A stretch of 63,995 nucleotides of DNA, the filler included, from Fonticula-like sp. SCN 57-25 (Eukaryota): NCBI GenBank assembly GCA_001724245.1. It is 5 parts of 5 records of this genome, joined end to end, with 100 filler letters (N's around TTAATTAATTAA, not from the genome) between each part and the next. Parts side by side here need not be neighbours in the genome. Positions count along the whole stretch, not along the records: positions 13,881 to 27,416 come from MEDX01000173.1; positions 27,517 to 41,051 come from MEDX01000174.1; 3 more parts are not named here. One strand, 5' to 3'. Position numbers and translations under genes: made by a program. This document shows, one piece after another, positions 24,148 to 35,895 of this stretch. The stretch's first letter is position 1, and the number at the start of each line of letters is the position of its first letter. The notes beneath the pieces are model-generated. The model made no database searches, was not told where the DNA came from, and was given only the letters and a program-made list of their open reading frames with translations.

Positions 24148-27100
24148 ATGGACCTGTCCACGCCGACGTCGCAGGCTCCGCACCGCATGGACGGGGATCT
24201 GCCACCGTCGTCGTCCGGGCATCCGCCGCCTGACATGTATAATGACCAGCACTGGCGGATGAACGCGATATCGCAGCCGTACCTGCCGTCTTATGCTGTG
24301 CAGCAGCACCACAGCCCGTACCTGCAGCCGCCGGCATTGTCGACCCAGTCGCCCATGATGCACCAGCAAGAAGGCATGCAATTACCGTACTATGTGAGGA
24401 ACGTACCGTCAACGTTGAGCAGTCCGCTTGAAGCGCCGTCGCAGTATGGCGCGCCTCAGCATCCGCTGTCCAACTACAATCAGCAGCCGCAATGGGGGCA
24501 TCATTTGCAACCTTCAATCTCGACGGCGATGCTGGCGACCGCATCATCGAGCAACGACGGGACAAGTGCGTTAATGGTTTTTCTTTCTTTTTTGTATTTT
24601 TTGTCATGTTGTCCCTTTTGTTTTGCTCTTGTTTCCTATTTGACTTTTGTTTCGCGCCAATCTGACCATGATGCACAGTGCGCCTTCGTCCGATGCCGAT
24701 GCCGATGCCCCGCCCTCAGCCCGACGCATCCGATCGCCTCCTCCAATCCTCCATTCTCCGCCTTCAGCAGCTCGCTGCGCGCCTTCGCGTCCCCGGCACG
24801 AGCAACGAGTCTGCGTGCAGCGAGATCGCAACGTGGGTCAAGCAGTCAAGCTTTTCCCTTGTGGGCGTCGAGCACCCTCTCTTTGACTGCTTCCGCGTAC
24901 GCTCTTTTGAATATGTTTTATACTCATTTTTAATGTCTTTTTAATGAGTTTTGTATCATTTTGTGGCCCTTTCCAATGCTCTTTATATTCACTTTCTTCA
25001 CCGCCACTGTAGATCATTCACTCGAGATCGCGCATGTACGGCTTCAACATTAACGCCGCCGCGCTCGCCTACAGCGCCATCCAGCCGCTCATCCCGCGCT
25101 TCCCGGCCGACATGCAGGCGCAGCTGCAGCGGTGGACGCGCGACTTGTTCAACGCCAGGCGGACGGCGACGACGGCGGCAACTGCTGCTGCGGCGCCCGC
25201 CTTGACTGCCCAAGCTGCCATCGCGGCGGCCCAGGCAAACACGTATGTTTTGATACATATTTTTTATAATAATTTGCTTATAATTGAATGTTTAGTGAGC
25301 CGTCGATGCGCGTCGCGGGTCTTTTTTATGAGCGACTGCGGTTTTTGATAGAGCCGATGCGACTTGAACTCGGTCGAGTTGAGCATCCGCTTCAGTTTGT
25401 TATCGATGACGAGACAATGTCGGCCATCAAATCAACGTGCGTACATTTATATATATTGCGTGTTTAGTTTGTGCGTGAATTGTGCTTGTTTTTATGCATG
25501 ATTATGTGCATGAAATCATGTTGTTTTATGTTCTATGCATGAATTGTGTTCATGATTTGTGCCTGAAATCATGGTTTATGCATGATTATGTGCATAATTT
25601 GTGCTTTTATTTCATTGAATTCTGCTTTGCTAATACTTTCAAATAGGCAAGGCAAGAATGCTTCACCGCTTGTTATCGAAATGTTTAGCTGGCTCGCCAC
25701 CGACGCGACCGAAAAGTCCGCGTGGCCAGAAGGCCTCACAATATCACTCAACGGCTCTTCTCTCGTCATGCCACGTGTACGAAAAACATATCTATTTTTA
25801 GATTGTTATTAATATCTTTTTATAGAAACAATGCATAAAGATCCCTGGTCGCGCTGGCGTGGCCTATGTGGGGACTGACAAGCCACTCAATTTGACACGT
25901 GTTTGCAATATTGGCGCCAATAATCTACTAGTGTCATGCAATACTGATACTAGCGTACGCCATTTTTGATTACGTGTACGTTTTTATTGCTCACTTTTAC
26001 TATAGAAATATCGCATTTCTGTTGAACTGCTCGTACCAGAAACACGTGCCACAATCGTGAACCGCACATTACAATCATACTTTTCATACGAATTCGTCGT
26101 CGGGTCACGTGAGCTCTTTTCTTTGACATGAACTTCAATTTCTGATGCTATTTTTAGTACCTTCTCTGCTTGGTCGCGGCAATCCCGATGACGATTTGCA
26201 AGTACTTGACACGACGACAAAGCTGACAATGCGTTGTCCAATCACGTTGCGGCGAATTGAAAGGCCGGTAAGAGGCACGCGGTGTACGCACTTGCAGTGC
26301 TTTGACTTGGATGCCTACTTGTCTATTAATGAGGCAAGGCCCACGTGGTTATGCCCTGTTTGCAAGTACGTTTCTTGTTTGGATTTGGCGGTGACTAAAC
26401 TTGCTTTTTTTGGTTGATTGTTTTTGTGTCTTTTTTGCCCTTTTTTGCCTCTTTTTCCACTCTTTTTCCACTCTTTTTCCACTCTTTTTCCCTTTCCTTC
26501 CACTTTCCTTCCACTCTTCACAGCAAATTGCTGCCCCTCAAGGACCTCCGACTTGACCACTTTTCCGTCCGCCTCCTCCGCGACCTCCCCCCCTCCGACA
26601 CTGACGTTCTCGTCGACGACGCTGGCGCCGTCTCAGTCATCCGCTCAGACGCACAGTCATCAAATGACGACAAGCCCACTACCGATGACGTCAACCGTAA
26701 CGGCAATGATGACGATGATGATTCCGGAAGTGACGGCGACAGTTACCTTGCCAATACGACCATGTCTACTTCCCGACCGCCGCCGATTGTCTCACTTATG
26801 CACAATGCGGCGGCGGCGGCGAATATGAGAGGACCGCCGCCGCCGACAATTGTGAGGCGCAAGCCGGGGCCAAAGCCAAAGGAACCAAAGCCAAAGGCGC
26901 CGCCAAAGAAGAGAGCGGCGCCGGTGGCGAGTGGTGAGCCAAAGGCAAAGAAGCCACGTGCGCCAAGAGCAACCAAGGCAAAGTCAGCAGCAACATCAAG
27001 TCAATTAACAACAACAAGTCCATTTACAATTGCAAGTCAATCAACAACAATGCCAAGTTCATCTACTTCAAGTTTATCTACTTCATCTACTGCAACTTTG

Positions 27101-27184
27101 GCTCCGATAAGGTTGAGGATTCCCGCTGCGTTGAGTGGCCGCGGCGATGAAGATGAAGTTGTCGAGATTGTGGACGAAGGATAG
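24148..27184 (+). CDS. SP-RING (MIZ zinc finger) protein, PIAS/ZMIZ-type SUMO E3 ligase
   Basis: LTMRCPITLRRIERPVRGTRCTHLQCFDLDAYLSINEARPTWLCPVC; WPEGLTISLNG; terminal SIM-like EVVEIVDE; multi-exon with approximate boundaries. Confidence 0.85.
25491..25596 (+). repeat. Degenerate TGCATG-containing repeat in a long intron
   Basis: 21-bp direct repeat TTTATGCATGATTATGTGCAT at 25491 and 25575; TGCAT at 25495, 25507, 25536, 25579, 25591. Confidence 0.7.
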
Positions 27185-27416
27185 ACATTTTCTTTTTCTC
27201 TTCTTTGCTTGTTTCACTTTCACTGTACAACACATTGCAGAATGTTTTTGTTTATTGCTTTGGTGTATGATATAAATCATTATATGTATGATTGAGAGAG
27301 TAAATGACAAGTCTACAGAATTCAAAAGTGATGCGGCATGCTGTGATGTCGGTTGGATGATGTGCCGTGCCGCGCTAGCTCTCCTCCTGGATAGTTTCAG
27401 TCTCGACCGGCGCCTG

Positions 27417-27516
27417 NNNNNNNNNNNNNNNNNNNNNNNNNNNNNNNNNNNNNNNNNNNNTTAATTAATTAANNNNNNNNNNNNNNNNNNNNNNNNNNNN
27501 NNNNNNNNNNNNNNNN
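27417..27516. other. Artificial contig linker
   Basis: N44-TTAATTAATTAA-N44. Confidence 0.98.
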
Positions 27517-27807
27517 ATATTTGCAAGCCATATCATCCTCTATATGTTTTCGATAGTCGAACGCTCGTGTCCGTGATTCTAGCCTGCTCCGAAATATCCC
27601 AATTTTGTGGCATTCCATTCCGTGTATCTACATCCTTTTACAGTACTATACTATACTCACATTGCTTTTCACCTTGTCTTAATACAATTGCTTGAAGATT
27701 ATCTATATTTTGTGACTTTACCACGACTTGTGGTCGGCGCAATTTTTGCCCGATTTTTGCCGACACCTGAAACTTTCCTGAAACTAACAGTCAGCACATA
27801 TCACGTG

Positions 27808-30768
27808 ATGTTGCGGGTGCGGCAAGCGCTGGTCCTGCACGGCCGGCGTGGCCTGGCCGCCGCCGCGGCGGGCTCGAATGGCGCCTCTCCGACCTCGGGT
27901 ACCCCGTCGGAAGACGCGTCCAAGCTGTACCAAAAGACGCTTCTTCTTCCAAAGACGGCATTCCCGATGCGCGCCGATGCCGCCGTCCGTGAGCCGCTCT
28001 TGAGGGATCGCACGACGGTCGATCTGTACCGCCGCCAGGCCGTCTCGCGCGCGTCGCAAGATCCCTTTGTGCTTCACGACGGCCCTCCCTACGCGAATGG
28101 CCGCCCTCATCTTGGCCATGCGCTGAACAAGATCCTCAAAGATTTCGTTCTTCGATTCGAGCTGTCGCGTGGTCGCCGCGTGCACAACATGCCCGGGTGG
28201 GATTGCCACGGCCTCCCGATCGAGCTCAAGGCGCTCGGTGCCCCTTCGTCCGGCGGTGCCAAGGACAAGGGAAAGTCGTCTGCGCCGGCGCCAAAGCTGT
28301 CCCCGCTAGAGGTGCGCGCCAAGGCGCGGGGTTTTGCTCTGTCAGCACTTGACGAACAGCGCGACGAGATGCGCTCGTGGGGCTTACTTGCCGACCTTGA
28401 CGGCGAGACGTACCGGACGCTCGACCCCTCATACGAGGCTGCGCAGCTGGAAGTGTTTGCCGAGTTGGTGCGCCGCGGGATCGTGTACCGTGCGTACCGC
28501 CCTGTCTATTGGTCGCCTGCGACGCGGACGGCGCTCGCCGAGGCAGAGCTAGAGTACCAGGACGACCACGAGAGCCGCGCCGTGCACGTTGCCTATGAGC
28601 TGGCGGACACGCCCGACACGGACCTGCTTGTGTGGACGACGACGCCGTGGACGCTTCCCGCGAACCGCGCGATCGCCGTACACCCCGAGCTCGATTACGT
28701 CACGATGGTGCACCCCACCTCGGGCCGCAAGCTCATTGTTGCTGCGGCGCGCGCCGATGCCGTCATGGAAACGCTTGGCGTGACAGAGTCGTCGCTGATT
28801 GGCGAGAGCGTCTCTGGCGCGTCCCTGGTTGGCCGCGCGTACCGCGACCCGTTTGCGTCCGCCGACGACCGCCGCGTCGTCATTGGCGGCGATCACGTCA
28901 CAAGCGACGCCGGCACGGGATTGGTCCACACTGCGCCCGCGCACGGGCTGGACGACTTTTACGCGCTGCGCCGCGCGGGCACGACCGTGAGCGCGTCCGA
29001 CTGCTTTGTTGACGAGTCTGGGCGGTACACGTCTGCCGCGCCGCGCGGCCTCAGCGGCCTTCGCGTCCTTCCCGACGGCGCCGACGCCGTCATCAAGATG
29101 CTTTCCGCCGAGGGCCGCGTTCTGCATGATGCGCCGCTGCGCCACCGCTACCCGTATGACTGGCGCGCCAAGCAGCCCGTGATTGTGCGCGCGACCGAGC
29201 AGTGGTTCTGCCGGCTTCAGGGCGTCGCACCGGCCGCCGTTGCCGCCCTTCGCGACGTTGACGTAGTCCCGCGCGCGAGCCGTCACCGCCTCGAGTCGAT
29301 GCTGGCAGGCCGCGACGACTGGTGCATTTCGCGGCAGCGCGTGTGGGGCGTCCCGATCCCCGTTTTTTTTCACAAGGACGGCGCCGAGCCGCCGCTCATG
29401 ACGCCCGAGAGCATCGCGCACGCCGCGGCGGTGTTTGGCGCTCACCCGCGCGGGTCGGACGCATGGTGGGAGCTTCCTTTGTCGGAGCTGCTCCCGCCGT
29501 CGCACTCACACCGCGCCGACGAATTTGTGCGCGGGCAGGACACGATGGATGTTTGGTTTGACAGCGGGACGAGCTGGGCGTCGCTGCTTGCGCGGCTGTC
29601 TGGCGAGGCGAGCGAGGCGAGCGTGCGCAGCGGGCGGCGCGCCGACGTCTACCTGGAAGGGTCGGACCAGCACCGCGGGTGGTTCCAATCGTCACTGCTC
29701 ACCAGCGTGGCCGTGCGCGACGTCTCGCCGTACCGAAAGCTCATCACGCACGGCTTTGTTCTCGACGAGCGCGGCCGTAAAATGTCGAAATCGCTCGGCA
29801 ACATCGTCGAGCCGAGCGCGGTCGTCCGCGGCGGCTCCATTGGCGGAAAAAAGGCGCCCGCATACGGCGCCGACACGCTGCGCATGTGGGTGGCGTCGAC
29901 CGAGTACACGAGCGACGTCGGGATTGGCCCGTCAGTGCTCGAAAAGGTGTCCGAGTCGCTCCGCAAGCTGCGCAACACGATGCGCTTCATGCTCGGCAAC
30001 CTTCACGACATGCACGTCGAGCGCGCACTCGAACCGAGCGAGCTGCTTGCCACCGACAGGTACATGCTTCACCTCCTGCACGAGTTCCGCGACGCCGCCG
30101 AGCGCGCGTACGAGGCCCACCACTACAGCGGCGTCTACTCGCAGCTGATGCACATGTGCTCGGCGACGCTCTCGGGCTTTTACTTTGAGTCGGTCAAGGG
30201 GCGGCTCTACACGGGCGCGGCCGACGGTCGGTCGCGCCTCGCCGCGCAATCGACGCTCCTCACGACGCTGCACACGCTCAACCGCGTCGCGGCGCCCATC
30301 GCCGTGCACCTCGGCGAAGAGGTCTTTGACGCGTACCGCCACACAATGCCCTCCCACGTGGCGGCCATGCCGTCCGTGTTTGACGCGGGATGGCCCAGCG
30401 CGGACGAGCTTGGGCCGCGCGCCGACGCGGCGCTCGTAGAGTCGTTCCAGTATGTGCTCGCCGCGAGGGCGCTTGCCAACAAGGAACTTGACGCGCAGCG
30501 CAAGGACGGCCGGCTCAAGACGGCGCAGGAGGCGACGATCACCTTTGCGGGGCCTCGGGACGGCGCCACCATGCGCGCGCTGAGGCAGCACAAGGATGAG
30601 CTGCCGGCTGTGTTTGGGGCCGCTATCGTGGAACTTGAAGAGGACGAGGAGGACGCGTTCAAGGTGGAAAAGTCGCGCTTGCAAAAGTGCCCGCGTTGCT
30701 GGAACCATACAGCCCATGCGCACAATACGCTATGTGGCGAGTGCGAAAAGGTCGTGAAGGCCGCCTAG
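27808..30768 (+). CDS. IARS2: Isoleucyl-tRNA synthetase, mitochondrial (bacterial type 1)
   Basis: Presequence MLRVRQALVLHGRRGL, DGPPYANG-HLGH, GWDCHGLPIE, WTTTPWTLP, EGSDQHRGWF, KMSKS, C-terminal CPRC..CGEC zinc finger; intronless. Confidence 0.96.
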   Translation: MLRVRQALVLHGRRGLAAAAAGSNGASPTSGTPSEDASKLYQKTLLLPKTAFPMRADAAVREPLLRDRTTVDLYRRQAVSRASQDPFVLHDGPPYANGRPHLGHALNKILKDFVLRFELSRGRRVHNMPGWDCHGLPIELKALGAPSSGGAKDKGKSSAPAPKLSPLEVRAKARGFALSALDEQRDEMRSWGLLADLDGETYRTLDPSYEAAQLEVFAELVRRGIVYRAYRPVYWSPATRTALAEAELEYQDDHESRAVHVAYELADTPDTDLLVWTTTPWTLPANRAIAVHPELDYVTMVHPTSGRKLIVAAARADAVMETLGVTESSLIGESVSGASLVGRAYRDPFASADDRRVVIGGDHVTSDAGTGLVHTAPAHGLDDFYALRRAGTTVSASDCFVDESGRYTSAAPRGLSGLRVLPDGADAVIKMLSAEGRVLHDAPLRHRYPYDWRAKQPVIVRATEQWFCRLQGVAPAAVAALRDVDVVPRASRHRLESMLAGRDDWCISRQRVWGVPIPVFFHKDGAEPPLMTPESIAHAAAVFGAHPRGSDAWWELPLSELLPPSHSHRADEFVRGQDTMDVWFDSGTSWASLLARLSGEASEASVRSGRRADVYLEGSDQHRGWFQSSLLTSVAVRDVSPYRKLITHGFVLDERGRKMSKSLGNIVEPSAVVRGGSIGGKKAPAYGADTLRMWVASTEYTSDVGIGPSVLEKVSESLRKLRNTMRFMLGNLHDMHVERALEPSELLATDRYMLHLLHEFRDAAERAYEAHHYSGVYSQLMHMCSATLSGFYFESVKGRLYTGAADGRSRLAAQSTLLTTLHTLNRVAAPIAVHLGEEVFDAYRHTMPSHVAAMPSVFDAGWPSADELGPRADAALVESFQYVLAARALANKELDAQRKDGRLKTAQEATITFAGPRDGATMRALRQHKDELPAVFGAAIVELEEDEEDAFKVEKSRLQKCPRCWNHTAHAHNTLCGECEKVVKAA

Positions 30769-30902
30769 TTTTTGTGAAATATGATGAATAAATTTGAATT
30801 TTGTATGGACCTGTAAGTGTGCGGCATCATTGTTGTTTGAGTTACATTCATGCATCAAGTATGGTATGGATACAGCTGAATCACTTTCATAATGCCTGAG
30901 AA

Positions 30903-33900
30903 TCAGCCCTGTGTCATGTACGTGGCCTGGCAGATGGGCGTGTGCGGGTTCCACTTGCCCACCCACTGCTGCGCCGGCGCCTTTGCCGCCGCGTCCGCCC
31001 TCCTCAGCTCCGTGACAAGGTTCAAAAAGTCCTTCCTGTCGGGCGCCTGCGGCAGGTGGCTCGCCAGGTCCATCGGACGCAGCGCCGCCAGCGCCGGCCC
31101 AGTCCACCCCAGACTCAGGAGCGGCTCAAATGCTGGCTTCTTGTGCCCCTCAATCCACTGTTTGACCTCGTCGGCGCCCCAGCTGAGCACGCCATCGGGC
31201 TTGGGCACGCGGAACACGAGGCAGTGCGCGTTGAGGAGCAGCTGCGCGGCGTCCGAGAACGTCAGCCCGGCGGCCGTCAGCAGGCTCTGCTCCGCCTCGT
31301 CGAGGTCGTGACCGCTCAGGTCGCCTACGAGCCCCTTCACGTGCGCGAGGCCCGTGTCCTCGAGCCAAACGCGCAGCGCCTGGGGTGACAGCGCGGTGAT
31401 GTCGCCGGTGGACACAACGTTGTCCACGCTCGAGAGGACCTGGCCATCAATCGCGATAAGAGACAGGCAGAGCTTTAGCCTGTTCTCGAGCGACTTTTCA
31501 ATCTCTGTAATCTCTTCGAGCTCGCGCCTCCGCCGCTCAAGCATAGCTTTTACGTCATCGCCTGCGCAAAAAGGTTAGGGACGAGTCACACTGCGGGCGG
31601 ACACGTACGCGTCTGGCGGCCAATCCTGTCCATGTCGGCAATGACAGAGGCGGCATCAATCTTGCGCACGCCAGAGGACGACGTAGCGGGCGGTGCTACC
31701 GGCTGCGTCACCGCGGCTGGGACTGGCACAGTCACCTCGGCGGGTGGAGGCACGGCGGGTGCAGGCACGGTGGGCTCGGCCGGCGCGGTCATCTCGGTCA
31801 AACCCAAAGGAGAAACCGGGACGACTGGCGTCGAGTTCAAAGCGGCGCTTTCCTCGGCAGCAGGCGGCGGGCGCCTCTCGGCAGAATATTGGTCGTCCCA
31901 TGTGTACTGGTTGTCAAACGAAAAGCTGTCGCCCAGGTTGTTGGGAAGAGGCGAGCACTCGAGCAGCCTGCCGGTGCTCTGCTCGACCGCGGCAAAGCAC
32001 TGCTTATTGGGCAAGAATACCGCCAAAGAAATCTGAAATGCGGCAAGCGTGAGCGCGCAAACACAAAGTAATATTCTTGACGCACCAGCGAGTTGAAATG
32101 AACAGCGTGGATCGCCTCGCAGGTGGCCACTTGCCACACATACAGGCAGCCGTCCTGCGACGCCGATGCGGCGAGCGACCCGCTGCTTGAGAGGCCAGCG
32201 CCACACACCTATCAAGCGGTATGTCAGCACGAGAGAAATACGAAAATGTGCGTACGGGGGCCACGTGGTGCTTGAACATTGCTCTGGGATGGCGGCGCGG
32301 GATGACGCCCTGCAGCGGCGGCGACCTCGATTGGGTGGCCGTGCCGCTGACGTCCCAAACGACGACCTCACGGTCGCTCGCGGCCACGATCATGCTGCCG
32401 TTGCCCGAAAAACTCACGGAAGACAGCTGAGTAATGCGGTTAGACAAGCGCGACTAAAACCGAGAACGAACATTTCCGCTGTGGTGGAGCAGATTCGTCG
32501 TAGTCACCCACGCAATGCTGTTTTCCTGTGGGCTCCACAGGCTGATGTAGCCGTAGGATGAGTGGACGGCGGCGAGCAGCGCCTCGCTCGGCGAAAACGC
32601 CATGTGCGACTACATTCGAACCAATGAGATACGCCCGAGAAAAGACTCTTTTTGCGCACCGAAACGGGCAGTTTTTCAACGGTTATTGACATTGACTGCC
32701 TGAACGCCAAGATCGACACGAGCTGCCCCTTGCCCTCCGCGTCGCGCATAGCGGCTGCAATCAGGTTGCGGCTCGCGGCGATGACGCCGATCGGCCGCCA
32801 ATTCCTAATCTCGGATAGTCCTGATGACGTGACTGTCCCCAGCCACCCGTCGGACGTGGCGAGGACAGCTTCACCGCCGGGCACGAAGGCGACCAATTCG
32901 GCATCCTGGGCGCGTGGTGAGCACAACAAAGACAGTAAAATATATCGGCGGTACCCCAGGCACGGTGACCGGTCCCGTAATCTGAGGCGCGGCAAACGCA
33001 ATCGCACTGCCCGTCGCCGCTGCAATGCACCCGTCATTGAACGAAGAAAAGTACTTGGCCTATAAAATGTCAGTGCTGACTGTATATTAGCCACAGCGCG
33101 TACCTGTACGGCCTTGTGAGCGGAAAGGCGCAGCGGGTCGCTTTGTCTCAGCGGCGAGTCCCTGCTTTCAAAGTATGCTTTGAGGTCGATGATGCTGGAG
33201 CTGATGCGATCGTCGGCATTATCCGCATCGGTGGCGGTGAGGTGATGCGCGAACCGGTCGAGCTGGCCGTGCCGCGCCTGCGCCGCAAAGTAGACGAGCG
33301 CGAGGCTGCTGTCGCACTCATATTGGCCGTTCAGAAATGGGTTGGCATCTGGGCTGGTCTGGATGAGCAGCTCGCTCGCGCGAAAGAGCATAGTGGACAC
33401 CCACGGGTTGCCGACATTGAGCGACGCGCGGCAGGCGAGCGTCAGCAGCTCGGTTGCATGCTCATTCGTGACATGGTTGCTCGACGCCAGCTCGAGCGCC
33501 GCTCGAGCAAGATCAATTCGGGCCGAAGTCCCGTCCGACAGAGCCAACCGGAGCTGATTGGCAAGGTAGCCAAATCGGTCGTTGCGCACCGCGGACGGGG
33601 CGGGCAGCGGCGCCTGAACTGGCTCACTGCGCGGACCCGAATCCAGGGAAACCTCCGAGAAGCGTGGGTTCGCGCGCGGGTTGCAGTGGACGGTCGCCCG
33701 GTCCACCGCCACCACGCATTTGTCCAAGCCCCTCATGTTGGCCACATGGGCACGATGCGTGAGCACACATGAGGACGGCGGCGACCACGTAAACTCGCCT
33801 CTAGCAGACACGGTCTCGCAGGTGCGCGCGCAGAGAAGAGGTGTATTTTTATGCTGCACCGACGCAAGGACGACGCCCGACTCGGTCACCACGGCCTCGG

Positions 33901-34927
33901 AAATGGTCTCGCCCTTCATGTACAGCTAGTGGAAGCGCAAGAAAGTCAGCAAGGCACGAATGTGGTTACGGTCAGAAACGCACAGGGTATGTCGTGACGG
34001 CGGGCGGCATGGTTTTAAACTGCTCGCCGACGCGCAGCGTAAAGCTATAGACGCCCTGGGTTTTGGTTACGCCGATGAAAATGAGATGCTCGATGGAATT
34101 CCCCGAGTCGTCCGTGTTTGTCTTGGTGACAAAGCCCATTGCAATAGTCTATATGAAAAACAAGTTAGAAGGCGGTGAAAGCAGTACGAGCGACGGCGCA
34201 CTTCCTGCAGCAGAGTTGACTCGAACGCATGGTTCAGCTTGCCATCGCATAGCTGATAAATGTAAAGATCGGATGCCCCGCTTGGCCCAACCACAGCGGC
34301 AACCCATTTGCCGACCTGCCGGCAGAAATGTACAGGCGACGAAGGCATTTCCGTAGGTATTCCTGGTGTCATGCGGCCCCCGTTGGCTGGGCCGATCACA
34401 TAGAGTTTGCCGGCGCCCGTGCCGACGACGGCAAGCGCATCGCTGCCGACGATCCACTCCAGGCACCGGAAATCGATTACGGGGAGGTGTTGCAATGCGC
34501 CGTTGCCCACTACTAGTTCTATTCCGCTTTCCCACGAGACCGCCTTGGTCGACGCGTCGGGGGAGAGGTGCACCTTTACAATCGAGTCCTTTGGCTGCTG
34601 GCCATGGCGAGCGCACTTGGTCAGTAAATCACTCTATAGCAACACACTACGCACAATGTCTGTGTATCTGGGGAACCGCTCTTTGGCATCCCCGCTGTCC
34701 GTCTTGGGAACGTAGACTTCGTCGCCGTCCAGCAAGACGGAATCGCCATCCGCGTGAAGGATTCGGTCACAGGCAGCCGCGATGGAACCAATCGGCTACA
34801 AACACCCGTGAGCACGGCTGAAAACGCGCGGCAAGATAGTATAGCATACCCTGCCATATGACCGCCTGCTAGTCAGCTCAAGCGTGTCGCCCGCCGCCAC
34901 TTCCCTCACCGCAGGGCGCCGCTCCAT
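30903..34927 (-). CDS. Long divergent member of the WD40/coiled-coil/tandem-SAM family, with a large N-terminal extension
   Basis: About eleven exons can be joined in frame by canonical introns. WD40 blades (SFSGNGSMIVAASDREVVVWD; SSSGSLAASASQDGCLYVWQ), a Pro/Ala linker, then a C-terminus aligning with the 41-46 kb pair (WLEDTGL, GLTFSDAA, VLSW, GWTGPAL, WVGKW). Confidence 0.7.
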
Positions 34928-35895
34928 GTCGCTGACCACCTCGCAGTGTCTGCGCAAAGGCAGACTCTGGGGCTGATATATGTTGGCTGTCTGTCTGCCT
35001 GATCAGCAATTATCGTCTGCAAGAAAAAAAATAATAATCGCCGAAACCCCAATTGCCCGAAAAGCAAAGCGGCTTCTCCAATGAGCGGTGTGGTAAAGCG
35101 CACCGCCAAGCACCTGCTGCTTGGCTTTCCGTATCGGCGCAACCCTTTTGTGGGAAGATCAGCGTCCGCCATCCCTGCTGGCCAATTGTACCTGACCATG
35201 TCTGCCTGCCTCGTAAAGTGCCAGGCCAGCGTTCCTATAATGAGCGCTGGGATGGCCAAATGTCTGTCCGTTTTTAAGAGTTGTGTTGGACATGAATGTT
35301 CGGGTTGCGAAATGAAAAGAAAAGGTCTGTATTCAAGTACGGATCAAACAAGAGTAGGGTACGAGGTGCTCGGCACGATGGGCCGCGCCAAGGAAAAAAG
35401 TCCCTTGGCCGCGGCGCGCGTGCCTTATATAGCGTTCCCTTGCCATAGAGTGATGAAGAGTTGCGGCAATGCATAAAAACCCGTGGCATGGCGTACAAAC
35501 CCATAACGAGGAGGGCGCAAAAGATAAGGAAACAGGGGGCGGTGCCCAGACTAATGGCCTTGCGGGCAAGCAAGTAAAACAACGATTGCACTGCCTCTAC
35601 AATGCAAGATGACAACAGTGAAAAGAATATATAGCCGTACGTGCTGCGAATGCTAGAATCGGTGTCGCAAGGTTCGTTTTAAAACGATCTAGGTCTCGTG
35701 GGTAGTAATCCCAAAGAATAATGCGATGCAATGGAGTAGATAATCGGCCGAGAATGGGCTACGAAAAAGGTGTATACTGGAAAGTCCGCGTTGCGACGAT
35801 GAGCGCGCGCGATGATGTAAAGTAAAGAAACAGCCAAAAGGACTCTGAAAAGTGCAAAAATGCAATGCTGAAGCGCCATGGCGAGCGCTCCCGCC

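Noticed and set aside
34930-35690. Short ORFs or a C/D snoRNA (GTGATGA at ~35450)
   Set aside because: The ORFs lack codon bias and motifs, and there is no matching D box or terminal stem.
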